Positions 13,353 through 27,075 are shown, numbered from the whole stretch's first letter. The stretch is DNA of 63,443 nucleotides, filler included, from Kipferlia bialata (GCA_003568945.1; 7 parts of 6 records of this genome joined end to end with filler, not necessarily neighbours in it); one strand, 5' to 3'. The notes: generated by a model not told the origin, from the letters alone. Numbers and translations are program-made.

Positions 13353-15950
13353 CTACTCCTCATTCTTGCGACCTTTGCTGCCACGTCCAGACTGGGGTGA
13401 GGGAATAGTAAATAGACGCCAGTATATATGAAGAGGAAAGGAAAGAGGATGGGAATGTCATGCGATCACAGACGAAGGGAGAGTGCACAGTATTTGTGAA
13501 CATACATATTCTGTACAATCTGTAAATATCTGAAAAAAATTGTCACATGCCATCGACACACGTGTACATGCTGGTGTATGTCATTGTATATTGGTGTATA
13601 GTGCTCACCCCAACCGTTGAAGCTCTGCTAGAGTGCCTTCCAGGGGCCTGGCCTGGTGCCATATAGAAGCACTGCTCGTTCTCGGCAAGGGTGGGATCAG
13701 TCTGTACAATGGCAGTGTAGGTCCTGTTTCGGTTGTCATAGGCAGTCACCTGGGGGTAGTGTTAACTCACACTCATAGAAATCGTGAAAGAATAGAAGAT
13801 ATGACCCGGAGGAGTAGTGTAATAATATATGCACACAATCGTGCAAGGAGGTGGATAGATATATGTACCTCGATAGTGTCTCCTCTGACAGCGCACTCCC
13901 GCGGGATGTCGAGGGAGTAGCCTCCAGTACTGTCGGTCTCTGTACAAAGCACCTGAGGGTCGTATGGGCAGGCAACGCAGACCTCAGCACCAACGAGGGG
14001 GCGGCTCCTGGGATTGTTCTTGACGCAGCCATGTAGCTCCATTGTACCACACTCGATAGATATAGTCTCAGAGGTCGTGCTCACAGGGTCTAGGTCGATG
14101 AGAGTCCCTACCCCTGAGAGTCAGTATATAGAGTGTTGATAACTATTTGTATTGGAGAATACGGTTTCGAGGATTATAGAGTGTATGGTCCATACACTCT
14201 TTGAGAGAGAGAGTGCTATTGGAAATACCTGTACCATCAAAGGTAAAGGGGGAGCAAGACTCGATGGTGACGTACACAACAGGACCAGTTGTAGCTGGAA
14301 GCAGAAACAGAATCTCCCCATAGTCGTTGGTCCATCCCTGGATGTCACAGATGGGTACTCTTGGTATGATTAGACATCGAAATATTGACGACTAGATACA
14401 TAGACAAAGAAAGAGAAAGATTAGAGGGATAGAAGAGAAACTATGAACCTCGGCAATGGGGTCCCCACACTCAATTACGGGGAGGGACGTGAGGGAGGGC
14501 TCACAGGCGGTGACAAAGCAACCTGAGGGTGATGTAGTAGGAGTTGGGTCAATGTAGATATCAGTGTCGAGTAAGACCGGCAGGATATACATGAGGAAGT
14601 GATAGGGAAGTATCTAAGTGAAGTAGACTATTCCACACAGTGGCTTGTACCTGGTCCCATCTCTTCCCCTGTCAGAATGCAGAGGAATGAGAGCAAGAGG
14701 GGCTTATCAACAGCCTCTGGAACCATGGAGATGTTAACCTCCACGACACCACAGTCAGGGACGGAGATGGTCTCCTCCTGGATGAGTTAGAAGACTCTCT
14801 CTTTCCACACGACAGATAAATACATGAACTAGGCATACCTTGGATATGAATCCTTCCTTACTGAACTCGATGCGGAGATTGCTGTAGTCACCAGCGTAGC
14901 TAGTAAGATCTATCGAGTAGGTACCGTCCTGGGAGTAAGTCTATACCACAAGAAATACGAGTGAGAACACGTACATTGGCTGATAACGTATCCCCAATAG
15001 GGGCAAATGAGCTGGCGGGGTAAACAGTTGCTAGAACGCCTGCCAGAACCTGTCCTGGGGTGAGACCATACGCTAGACGGCATTGACTGCCACCTGAAGG
15101 GTACAGAATAGTATGTCAACCAACTAAGTGACTGTACACTAGCCTGTCGTGTCATTCTGAGCGAGTCCCTCGATAACAAAGAGGTCACACGGTGGTATCT
15201 CGAGGTAGTATTCTCCTGGATATGAGACGTATGCCTTACGAGGAGTGTATACTCAGGGTCACTTACCACAGCCATCAATGAAGATGGAAGATAAGCACTT
15301 TATGGCGAACTGGGGGTAGGGAAGCATCGACTGAGTAGTCTGGGGGTAAGTGTGGGAAAGATGACAGAGCTCAGAGAAGATGTGACATCAGTACACATGA
15401 TGGTAGTTGCGTAACGTCAGAAGTATAATCGTGTATATATGGCTGATATGTATAGTGAAGGGGAATGACATAGGTACCCCATTACCTCATAGTCGTCTGA
15501 GGGTAATACAGTCGGTGCATCTAAGGGAATAGCAGGGAAGTAGGTACCACACCCTTCAATAATGACAGAAGCTGTTGTGAGACCACTCAAAGGTACCTAA
15601 GTACTACTGCTCTATATCTAGAGTCGAGGATAGATAGCTGATACTGATACAAAACCGCTGAGTGTCTACGGGGTGAGTGAATGTGTACTTCTTAGCCAGT
15701 ATATGGTGGATGTGTGTAGTAATAGTTGTTGAACATGCTCTGTGAGCGCGACTGTAGAACCCGACTCCATATGTATATGTATCTACAGACTTGCCTTTCA
15801 ATCCCGCCACTATATGTGTCACGTGTATGAAGCAGTCTACGTAGCAACAACGTGTCTACTGTATGCATAGATAGAGTATCGTGTACCTGGACATGCCCTG
15901 ACCCCGATCAACACACCAAGTCCAAGCAGAAGGGCACCAATGAGGATCAT
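13353..15950 (-). CDS. Multi-exon secreted or surface protein with a carboxypeptidase-regulatory-like (beta-sandwich) segment
   Basis: N-terminal MILIGALLLGLGVLIGVRACP looks like a signal peptide. A later exon reads LHGCVKNNPRSRPLVGAEVCV...TETDSTGGYSLDIP, matching the G-x-V...PL-x-GA-x-V...TD-x-x-G-x-Y pattern. Ends SGRGSKGRKNEE*. Middle exons not fully resolved. Confidence 0.55.
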
Positions 15951-17485
15951 GCTTTCGGTAAGAGAGGCAAGGCACCACCCTCCTCCTTGAAGTGTGTTGA
16001 GGGTATCATGACCTAGAAGTCATCGAATTGGTTGAAGACATCCGCTGCAAGTTGCAGCCTGCAACAATGCAGCGCTATTGCACTACGGAGCGAATGGATG
16101 ACACAGTAGAAACGCGAGCGTGGATAGAAGAGAATAGTTCTCTCAGAGAACATGCATACCAAGAGTTGACAATTGCAGGCGCAAATACCAAACTAATGGT
16201 TGCTATGTTGGCATGTATCTACAATTACGACAATCCATACAGTTCAGGTACTTGACACAATCAGACATATTTGATCCATTAATTGACGCTTTCAATTATA
16301 TGTGTTGGACCAGTGACCAGTATTGTCCCAGCAAACGCATGGCGGCTTGAGTAGCGTGGCTTCCTGACATATGTGACCACGAGCATGATCAAAGACGCAT
16401 CACCCAGGTCTGAAGTCATGTAGGCTGGACCTCTCTGTGTTGCAGTAGTGATGTGGTGAAGCAAGGTAGGGGTGTGTGGCTACTACTAGATCTAGGGTAT
16501 GAGTCACTCTTAGAAGCGCACCCTTTCGAGGGTAGCTACTGCCACCTCCCACTCGGTGGCTTAACACTAGAGGCCCTCGAGTCGAGGGTAGCAACCACAA
16601 CCTCTAGGTTTACACCGAATTTGCACAACATATGAGATCCTCGGGTCACCATCGTCTGGTGTATCAATCTGGAGGTCTTGAACTTGCAAAGTGGTCAATT
16701 TCAGAGTACATCAGGCCATCGTGAGGGGGTATACAGTAGTAGAGTGAAGGTAGTGAGGTCTACAGTCAGTTATACGCTGTGACATGAACATGGGGTCAAG
16801 GTAGAGTCTGTATAATACACTATTAGGGGAGAGAGTGAGACGCACTTGGCGAGAGAGGTTAAGGCGGCATTTCTACTAGATGCAGATGGAGCCCGGCGCA
16901 GAGACTGCGGGTGATTCCCCCATTGATGTCACAGAGACGGTGGGAGGGTGTGAGGGGGAGGTTGGGGTAGAGGCCGAAGTGGATAGTGCCTGAGCATCGA
17001 GTGTATATAGTGTACAGAGTATAGAGAACCTACAATACATCGTGAAGTAAGCACCTCCGAATCCGATGGACATGCGTAGTCTGACTTGCTTTGTTACTAT
17101 ATGGATTGTATGACCTCTCTACTATAATCCGGTAACAGCACTGAGATGAAGCAAACGTCTCTTTATATGTCTACGAATTATGGAGAATCGTTGATATAGC
17201 ACTAACATTAGTCCTTCAACTGCTGTAACATAACACAATATGTTAGCGATAGAACAGTCTGTCCTGAGGCCACCTCACACTGACAACCGCTCAAACGTCC
17301 ACGATATAATGAAGTAGAGAGGTTGATTGGGACTAGGGGACAGTACTAATGTGTCCCTACCCTATCGACTATGGGTCTCAACCAGTCCTGACATGGTACC
17401 CAGGGTGCGTGTAACCCTAGTGGGATACCTGTCTAAGAGAAGCAGACAGACTAGGATGTGTACTCTCAAGTACATACCATGGCAC

Positions 17486-19596
17486 TTAGTCAGCCTCCTG
17501 CCCTCTTCCACCAGACCCATGCCCTGTCCTACTGCTAGTCTTCCTAGGGGTGTATGTCTTCTTCTTCCTAGGGGTGTAGGTCGAGGCAGTGATTTGCGTG
17601 GCCAGTCTGAACCCTCTCTCCCTCTCCTTCTCCCTCCTAGTAGCATCACCCCCCACAGTCTCCCTCCTCCTCCTATCTGACGGTGTTCTACCCACTGATG
17701 CACTGGATACCACAGGGTCATCTGGTCTGTGCACCCTGTGACTGGGCACACTTGACCCTATCCCACTCTCCCTCTTCCTAGGAGTCCTAGTCCCTCTGGT
17801 TCCTCTAGTGGTATGGCCGATTGATGTTCTAGTAGTCGGCTCCTCCATCTCAGGTACATATGGCTTCCGACCACCCTTACGTCCAGGCTGGGTCTTGCTG
17901 CGAGGGTGTCCTGATCCATGATGCTCACTTTTCTCTCTCCTCTTCCTGGGTGTCACTCCATGTCCATGTGTGCTTGATACTCCCCTGTGAGTGGAACTTT
18001 GGGCTGTATGGTGCCCTCCACTGGGTCTATCACTCCCAGCCTGGAGACTAGGGTCACTTGGCAGCTCTGTCACACTCCGAGAGCAGACCTGTGTTACAGA
18101 TGTATGAATGCCATCATGAAGTGTCACCACACTCTTGCTCCCATATATATACACAGTAACTTTACCTTGTCAAACAGAGCTGCGTCCTCAGGTGAGAGTA
18201 GCTCAAAGGGCTGGAAGTCATCAGTCTCTTCCTTCGCTGGGTGTGTATCAGTAGCTATCTCTGCCGCACTTCTGACACAGACTGCGGCAAACTTAGCATC
18301 TAGGGCAGGGGAGAGAGATAAGGCACTGAGGTGGAGCTGGGTGTCGGATTTGGATATGTCAGCCTTGGACTGTACAGAAGGAGGGGGGTCAAGGGGGTGG
18401 GGTTCAGTGACAGGTGGAGGTGGGATTGGGGAGGATACACCCACAGTGGAACAGACATATGGCACGTCAGGTGCTGTGTACACAGGGGCAGCAGGGGCCG
18501 TAGGTACAGGGGCCTGACTAATGGTACCAGGGTAGGCATACGCACCACAACTGCCGATTGGTAGGGAAGTACCAGTGGCAGGAGTGGGTGCACTAGCGAC
18601 TGGTGCGTGGTATGCAGGGGGTACCACCACTCCACCCATGTATCCAAAGGGGGCAGGGACAGGGACACAGGGGGTAGTGTCAGAGTGGTGAGGGGGGACA
18701 GTGATTGGGATGCCTCCGTCTCTGATCTTGAGCAGCTTGGACAGAATCTGGGAGTCAGCGGAATAAGAATGGTCCATTACGACAACCTAGAGATATGTAC
18801 AAATACATGAGAACAGGTACCCACAATATGATTTCTGAGATATACGATATACAGTACCTCTCACCAAATAGACACAATTACAATGATACCTTGTCATAGT
18901 ACTGCAGGGCCCACTCCCTCTCTCTCTTGGTCTCAGCATCTGTCGCTGGCATGGAGAGAAGAGTGTTCCTATTCATTAGGGCTAGAGAGTGGTGACAATG
19001 TATAGTCCGATGTCTCAAATGGTATAGGGTATATGGACGATGTAGCAGAAAGTGATACCAGAGATGAGGAATATTGAGGAGGGGTGAGTCAGGCGGAGAT
19101 GGGGGGGGGGGTACATTGATTAGTATACATACTGAATAGACAACAGTGTCCATACAAGGAAAGGAGAGACATAAAGGTAAATGAGGAGCTACCGTACATG
19201 TAGGGGGGGGGGTTTGAAGACTGAAAAGAATATGTCACATGTACTAAATATGCATTGAACATCCATGTAAAGACCAATGAGATGTAAATAATTGAGGAGC
19301 TACCACTATTAATTACTACCAATACCGTACATGTGGTCCAGTGCCTGTGATATATATATTAACTATTAAGTATTATATGTATATGTCTACTACAAATACC
19401 GCACATGTGGTCCAGTGCCTGTGCATACTGGCCTGCTGCCTCGTGGAGGTTGGACTGCTCATGGGCCTGCACACCAGCTGAGGTTACAGAGAGAGACATA
19501 GAAGGAGAGAGAGAGAGAGAGGAGAGAGATCTGTTCGTGTGCCTGAACACCGGCTGAGAATCAGAGAGGGGGGGGAGAGAGAGACAATGGCTTGGA

Positions 19597-19644
<48 letters not shown>

Positions 19645-20813
19645 GAACAGGCCTTGACAAGAGAAGAGCTCTCTCCTGTGTCTCCCTCTCTCTCTCTCTC
19701 CCTCCAACATAAACACTATATAATGTACTATATATATGTGTGTGTACACATACCTTGACTTGAGCAGTGCTCTCTCCTCTGTCTCTCTCTCGACACCCCT
19801 GCTGGCACCCCTACTCCTGAGATGAGTACTCATACTCATACACGCACACACACACACACACATATATGTATGGTGACATAGACATACCTCCCCCCACTGT
19901 TGTGCACCCTGTCCGATGCCCTCTGTCTCTCTCTCTCTCTCTCCCTGTCTCTCTCCCGCTGGGCCTTCTGGCCATAGGGGCTGTTGCGCCTGAATGTAAG
20001 CATACACTCATCAGTTTTATACACATGTTACAGAGAGAGTAATAGAGAGAGGTCTTCTGGTCATAGGGGCTGTTGCACCTAGGTTATATTATGCACTAGG
20101 TAAGCATCACAATAGAGAGAGGGAGAGTAGATAAAGAGAGACAGGGAGAGCAAGAGAGGGTCTATGCATATATACTCGGGTGCCGGTGTCTCCAGTGACC
20201 CATGGCTGTGTATATACATATGTATATATACCACAATACATAAGTATATGTGTATATATATGCATACACACCTTGGTGCCGGTGTCTCCAGTGACCCATA
20301 CCGGGGTGACTTGTGGGGGGACCCCTTCTGACCGAGTCTGGGCTGGGCTATCCTGCTACGCCCTGTACCCCCTGTACCTCTCCTCTCCACACTCCTCCTG
20401 TCCTTCTGAGAGGCACTCTGCCTGATACTGGCAGGTCTAGACACAGGCCTGTTCTGCCTGCTCCTCTCTGCCAGGCTGCCCCTAGCCCCTCCCCTACTGT
20501 CTCCCGCGGCCCTAGAGACAGCACGGCGCCTAGCACCTGGGACGGGGCTACCCATCCTCTGCTTAGAACCTCTAGAGGCAGACCCCTGGGGCTTACGGTC
20601 ATTGCGGCTGGAGGTGGGTGGGGTACGCGCCCTGGGCTCCTGCTTGCTCGCCTGGGCCCTCTCCCCTCCCTTCTTGGGCACTACAATGGTCGCAATGTAG
20701 TTGCCGTCGTTGTTACGCACGAAGCGAATGTTCTTCTCCACAAAGAAGGTGTAGAAGGCCTGCTGCTGGCCATCTGACAGCTTGCTGAAGACAGTCACCT
20801 TAGCGGCAGACAT
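17486..20813 (-). CDS. Multi-exon hypothetical protein with R/S-rich, helical and Pro-rich segments
   Basis: ATG at 20813 (ORF 20079-20813). Spliced exons include RNSPYGQKAQRERD, AGVQAHEQSNLHEAAGQYAQALDHM and EWALQYYDK, then ORFs 18124-18777 and 17486-18154. Confidence 0.6.
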
Positions 20814-21109
20814 CCCAACAACTTCTGGTAGTATGTGGCTCCTCTAGGTGCGCAGGACAGCGATTATTGTCGATGAAAATGCCAGGAGTCAGGATGGCCA
20901 GGAAGAACCCTTTTGTTAGACCAGTGTTTTTGGTATCACTTGAGTGAGTGATGATTCTGAGTCAGAGTGACTCAAGGTGAAGACCTCAACTCCCTCCAAG
21001 GGCTTAGTCTGCCTGTGAATGTAGTATAAGGAGATCACATGAGGGTTCTCAACCCAATCATGCACATGCTACTAGAATAGATCACCATCTATTAGTGGAG
21101 ACAACCTAC

Positions 21110-22766
21110 ACTACCGAAATCGGACCCAGTCTGGATGGGTTAGAGGCCATTCACCTCCCTTGAGATTCCTCAGTGAAGTGGGACATAGTGTATCTATATT
21201 ACCCCTCTCAGACCCAGTCTGAATAGGACAGTGGCCATGCACTTGTCTAGAGATATCCTATATATTGTATCATATTAATGCATACTGTATGAAGACTAGA
21301 AGTTCAAGTCTTGCACTATCTATATTACCCCTATCAGGCCCAGTCTAAATAGGACAGTGGCCATGCACTTGTCTAGGGGCACATTGAGGGTGGAGAGGGT
21401 CGCATTGACACAAGGGGAAGGTCTAATTGTAAGGGAGATAGAGAGGGGGAGAGAGAGAGAGAGAGGGAGAGAGAGGGAGAGAGGCACATTGACACTCGGG
21501 GAAGGCCTGTATGTAAGGGGGAGAGAGAGAGGGAGAGAGAGAGAGAGAGAGGCACACTGACACTCGGGGAAGGCCTAATTGTAAGAGACTAAGAAGAGAG
21601 AATAGAAGGGGAAGCATATGGAGGTGGAATAGATGCATAGAGTGAGGGATGAGAGTGAGACCTTAGACCATGCCATTAAGGAGGAAAAGAAGAGAGATAC
21701 AAGGAGTCAGTAGACCATGACAGAGATATAGAAAATAAACACAAACCTAGTGACGTTGTGGCACCTGGAGTGTATCTCTGCAACTCTCTTCACAAGGGGT
21801 ATGGTGTCCTCACCAAGAAGATGAGAGAGTCTAGATGTGATGTCGGGATACACACGTTGACTATCAGGATAGACATAGACGTCACCCCACCAGTCCTCCT
21901 CCCTGCCAATCTCTCTCTCTCCATCCCCCTCAGTACCAGCCTGGATCGTGATGGTGACACACCGGTCTCCACGCACACTCTCTCTCTCACTATCTCCCTG
22001 AATGACACTCACACTCACTCTCTCACTATCTGGCTGAGACATACTCACTGATGGACTGGAGAGGAGGGAGGAGAGGACACCGGACGCACCGCGGATAGAC
22101 TCCAGATGATGTCCCCCGAGTGAGAGAGACAGAGAGAGAGGCTGTCCCTTGTTGGTGGTCAGGTACAGCGGGAGGTAATTAGGCGAAGGATCAGCCTCCA
22201 CACCCTCGGTGCCCCTTGGCGCCATAACACTTAGTATCTGCTGCAGAACAGCCTCCACCACTCTCTCCAGAGGTGATACAACAGCGTCACTCTCTGGGGT
22301 CAGATGGTGTGTGATAGATACAAGCATCCGTGATACAGATTTGTCCTAAGCACCTATCTTATCCGTCGCCGGTACAGTTAGTCTCTCTACACATGGTGAC
22401 AGACCAGACATGTCAGTCACCCCAGCTGAGTGTCGGTGAGAGTGTGCCTCAGACACTAACTGCATGTCTCTCTCTCCCTCCCCTTCACCCTTAGGTGAAC
22501 AGCACATGTCTCTCTCTCTCTCTCTCCCCCCTTCACCCTCAGGTGAACAGGACATGCACCCGGGTGGGTGCACATGGATGATGGCGCGTGTGATGTAGCA
22601 TGGGGTGGCCTTCATTCAGGCCATCAACGCGCGAGGGAGGGGTGTGCAATGACGAGAGAGAGAGGTGCAACAGAGTCTCAGTTTTTGCGGGTTCTATGCC
22701 AAACCCTTTTCCACTTTGCCTCCTGACTCTCAGAGCCTCCAGCTCGATGGCTAGTGGTCTCCTCAC
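21110..22766 (-). CDS. Hypothetical protein (exon structure uncertain; possibly degenerate)
   Basis: ORF 21707-22327 (206 aa) plus short flanking exon-like blocks with repeated splice-site copies at about 21205-21575. Confidence 0.35.
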
Positions 22767-23734
22767 TAAGGACTGATATATTTTACTGCATTGGGTACGA
22801 TGTGCTCGACTGGGCAGTGAGGTCTAATTTACGGTACCGATGCCAGGACATATTCAATTCAATGGTATTCAATGGCTATTTCATATAACAGCACACTATG
22901 ACAACTCTGTACGCTGAACATGTCAATATATGCCAGAGAAAGGGGACGTTTGGTGGTGGTGGGAGACATGGCCAGCAGATACAGAGACCCTACTGCCGCG
23001 TAGTTTCGAGAAGTGAACGACGGACCCTTATGTTGGTGGATTCTTTTTGTGTGACCGAAAAACATTGTTTTTGTATTCGTATCTTGCTTCATTGACAAGG
23101 ACAGTCTGTTTGCCGCAATATGCTGAGGTATGTGCAGTGACGTGCTTTGCTTGCGTTGATGAATTGAGTCCGTGTTTCTGACAGTTGATTGAAGATAGTA
23201 GACTCCTGANNNNNTGAATTGAGTCCGTGTTTCTGACAGTTGATTGAAGATAGTAGACTCCTGAACAAGTAACACATACTATTTACTGTGTTCCAATGGT
23301 TTCTTACCCTAGGTTATCAACACCCCTGGTCATGTGGGTCCAGTGCACGGGTAGCGTAGTCTCCTAGGTGTGTATGACTCTTCCTCTCATCTCTTGTGGT
23401 TGATGCATGTCGTTGATGAATCGAGTCCGTGTTTCCGACAGTTGAATGAAGACTTTAGACAGCTGAGACATGTTTCAACCATTGAATCATTTAGTGTATG
23501 CTTCATTGCTTACCCTCAGGTGTAGTTGACAGCTCACATGAGACTCGCTCCATTGGTCGAAACACTGTTTATTGAAAGAGAGAGTGGTGGTGTGGTTGAT
23601 AGAAGAGCAAGTTACCAGGATCTGAGGTCTACATATGCACTTATACAGAGTGTACTAGACATAGTCGGATAAGGACCGATATGTATATTTCATTCATATA
23701 CATACATATACATAGAGTATGTATCAGTTCAGTA

Positions 23735-24692
23735 CTACTGAATCAGTAGTGTCACTGCTCCATGTGTCACTGCAATGGCAAGGCGCAGTGCGTCGATGCC
23801 CCTCTTAGAGTCAGCCACACAGGAGGAGTGGACCTGGAATAAGGTTCGGGGCTAATGTAGTAAAGAAAAGAAACGTGTATGTATATGAATATGTCATGGT
23901 ACCTCTCTGCCCTGCCTGTCTGCCTCGATGAAGGACATAACATGTTATAGTATATGTATATCGTACATATATACAAATATACATATAAGTGGATACAGTA
24001 CCTCTCTCCCCTGTCTGTCTGCCTCAATCAGTATCCGTATCTCAATATATAGAACAGTATCAATTAAATATAATTATATATGTTTATACTGGTTACGGTA
24101 CCTCTCTCCCCTGTCTGTCTGCCTCGATGAAGGACAGGATGAATGAGCCCTGAGTTAGTGGGAGATTGTATACAGAGAGAGACTCTCTGAGAGAGAGAGA
24201 GAAGGAGGTGAAGGACAGGATGAAGGAGCCCTGAGTTAGTGTGTATCCATATGTATATATGAGAGTGTGTGGAGAGAGTATACACAACAGTACCCACCTT
24301 GCCGAATGCCTTTGCCCAAGCTCCAAGGTTGTTGGGGGAGTATATCATACATATTGATAATGGTACATACGTCTTATGATACACTATAATACACCATAGG
24401 TACATGATATATATACATTACCCACCCTGCCGAATGGCTTGACCCTGGCCCCAATGCTGTTGAGGGATTAGATTCTGCACTCATATACACCATAACCCAC
24501 TTAATATATAGATTACTATATACATATATACACTATCCATTACCTTTCCGAATGGCTTGGCCCTGGCCCCAAGATTGTTGAGGGAGTAGGTCAGCTTGAC
24601 AATGAGTTGACCTAGGGGGTAAGAGAGAGAGGGGGGGAGGGGAAGGGGGAGAGGAAGTGAGGGAGTAGGTAAGTTTGATAATGAGCTCACCT
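23735..24692 (-). CDS. 3' exons of a hypothetical gene (5'-truncated at the contig end)
   Basis: Exons QLIVKLTYSLNNLGARAKPFGK | GSFILSFIEADRQGRE | VHSSCVADSKRGIDALRLAIAVTHGAVTLLIQ*. The first two are flanked by echo copies. Confidence 0.55.
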
Positions 24693-24928
24693 AGGAGAAA
24701 GATAGAGAGACATATAAATAGAGGGAGAGAGGGGACGTTGTTACAATAGGTTACACAAACAAGAGAATACACATTTGAATAGAGAGAGAAAGGGGGGGGG
24801 GGGGGGGGGGGGGGGGTTTCCTTGGGGGNNNNNNNNNNNNNNNNNNNNNNNNNNNNNNNNNNNNNNNNNNNNTTAATTAATTAANNNNNNNNNNNNNNNN
24901 NNNNNNNNNNNNNNNNNNNNNNNNNNNN

Positions 24929-25660
24929 CTCTACAACCATGGGCTTGAATGGGACCAAGCAGAACCGTGTGTCATCCTCCCTGCCCTGCTCTGATCGGGT
25001 ATAGGGGTCGGGGCATGCGGATCGGCGGATGTTTAGCTCAAGCCAAGTATCCTGAGGGAAGAGAAGGTTGAGGGGGTAGGACGACCCATACACAATAGTC
25101 CATACAACGAGGGACATGCTATGACAAGGTGAGACAAAAGAGCAAATGGCACCCACTCACCCACTTCACCATGTCCCTGACATGGGACGCCTGCATCAGT
25201 TGATGCTCGCTGGGGTGAGGGATAGGTGGAGTGAGTGACGCAGAAGGACTCTGAGGGAAGGTCACTTAGAAGTAGTGGACGATCGAGTGAGAATACACAC
25301 CAACAATAACAACGACTAGGACCAATACAATATATGAACACGTACACTAGAGAGTAGGCCCTCAGGAGCTCCGAGCCTCTGACAAAGTGCCCATTCACTA
25401 CTTCGACTAGCTCCGGAGGGAGAGTACCAAGAGGAGCCGGACCACTTGTGTAGGCCATAACGCTAAGGTGAGCGATCATGTACGGCTAACTGCATATACT
25501 ACTGTCCTCGATGGCTCAGAAACACCAAAAGTGATACAATGAACGTACGCTGTGGCAACGAAGTAGTTGACAAACGTGAGAATGGTCTGGTCCTCCCAGA
25601 TCATGCAATTGTCTATCTCCTCGTCAGAGTCTTCTTCGCTGACATGCCGGTACATTGCTA
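24929..25660 (-). CDS. 5' part of a hypothetical multi-exon gene (runs off the contig)
   Basis: MYRHVSEEDSDEEIDNCMIWEDQTILTFVNYFVAT..., followed by exon-like blocks in ORFs 25033-25479 and 24881-25156. Confidence 0.4.
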
Positions 25661-25791
25661 ATACTAATGACTCTCTGAAAGAGTGTCTTGGCTGTGCAGA
25701 AGATTCTCCGGTTTTCCGACGGAGACCGGAAACGGGAGCCCGAAGACCGGAGGCAAATCGAGGTGTGTCCTTCTCTCTCCTAGCGGAGAAC

Positions 25792-26470
25792 ATGTCTGTG
25801 CTTGATGGTGCTTTGATTGCTCGGTTGACTCAGTACGTGGTGAGAATATGTTTCTAGGGTTGACTCAGTACGTGGTGGGTTGTTTTGTGTGTTTTTTGTG
25901 TCTGCTCACATCAGGGTTCTCTACACCGACCATTCTAGGAACGACGATCGCCTCACCTGCGAAGAGTTTGAGAGCACCGTGTCTGACCTGAAGGAGTATA
26001 CAAGGTATGTGGCTTGTTAGGGAATAAGTGGTTTGAATTATGTGGAGTGCACATGTGGTTCTGATATCCAGTCACATGGGAGCTGTCTGTGAGGCCATAC
26101 ATACAGGAAAGAGGTGCCTTTCCCGCGACTACAGTACGTTGATGATGTTGTATTGTGTTTCCGTTGTTCTGTGACAGTCCTTTCTATTCACCTTCCCCCT
26201 CTCATTTACGGATGTGGGTCCCCTAACCCCCAGGTGACATATTCGAGGATCCTGAGTTCATCATGGCCGGCAGCGTTGAGAGGGTCAGGATGCTGGCTGA
26301 GTGCGGCCTCCTCGGTGAGATGGTTACAATGAACACGTGTGAGTGATACGCATAGGCTTAGTGAACCCTGCGGAGGGGGAGTGTTAGTGTGAGTTTCAGT
26401 GTGAGGTGACGTTTGATCGAATATGCTTTCGACGTTGAATATATCTCTGTCACTAGACTCAGGTCAGTGA
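25792..26470 (+). CDS. Small multi-exon hypothetical protein
   Basis: MSVLDGALIARLT|QVLYTDHSRNDDRLTCEEFESTVSDLKEYT|...|GDIFEDPEFIMAGSVERVRMLAECGLL with GT/AG sites. One donor echo at about 25857-25878. Confidence 0.4.
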
Positions 26471-27075
26471 CTGACTCTGAGGATTGAAACCAATTGGAGA
26501 TGCTACGCCCACTCCAACCTGAGCCAGCAATTCTTAGGGAAGCAATCATTGCTGCTAAGGCTGATTCAGACCCCTAAGAGCACTTGTACACCATATTACT
26601 TATGTAACCCTACAGGTGGAGAGTGTACCTGTTGATGTACTCTCAAGTCCTATAAGATCTGGAAATATTTCATCCAGAGTAACTGTTGCCACCCCAATAG
26701 TAGCCTGTATGAAGCGGCTTCATTGAAGCCTCATTATCATGACTTCTTGAAGCCATATGTTTTGGTATCAGTAATGCTACTTATGTGAAACAATACCACT
26801 TAGCATGGGACTCCCATATCTCCCAATGGGAGATGAATATCTCTCTGTGACTTCACATTGACTCATGTTGCAAAGATTTAATACATATACCCCGACTCGA
26901 GGTCAGGGTATCTAAGACAATGCCCTCCGGCACCAATGGAGCATTGGCAGGGATGGGCCTGTCTGGAGTGGAATGGGACAGATGGACAGATGGACTCATA
27001 TCAGGAAGAGAGCCGTGGGCGAGGACACATAGCATCCCCCGTCCCATGAGGCTGTACCCACTCACCCATGCCTGC

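Noticed and set aside
16028..17300. Short ORFs and small palindromes in the intergenic region
   Set aside because: No coherent spliced model, RNA structure or terminal repeats could be supported.
23158..23265. Perfect ~50-nt direct repeat flanking a 5-N gap (similarly 33491-33560)
   Set aside because: Identical sequence on both sides of a scaffold gap is most likely an unmerged contig overlap. The diverged copy at about 23415 is real but uninterpretable.
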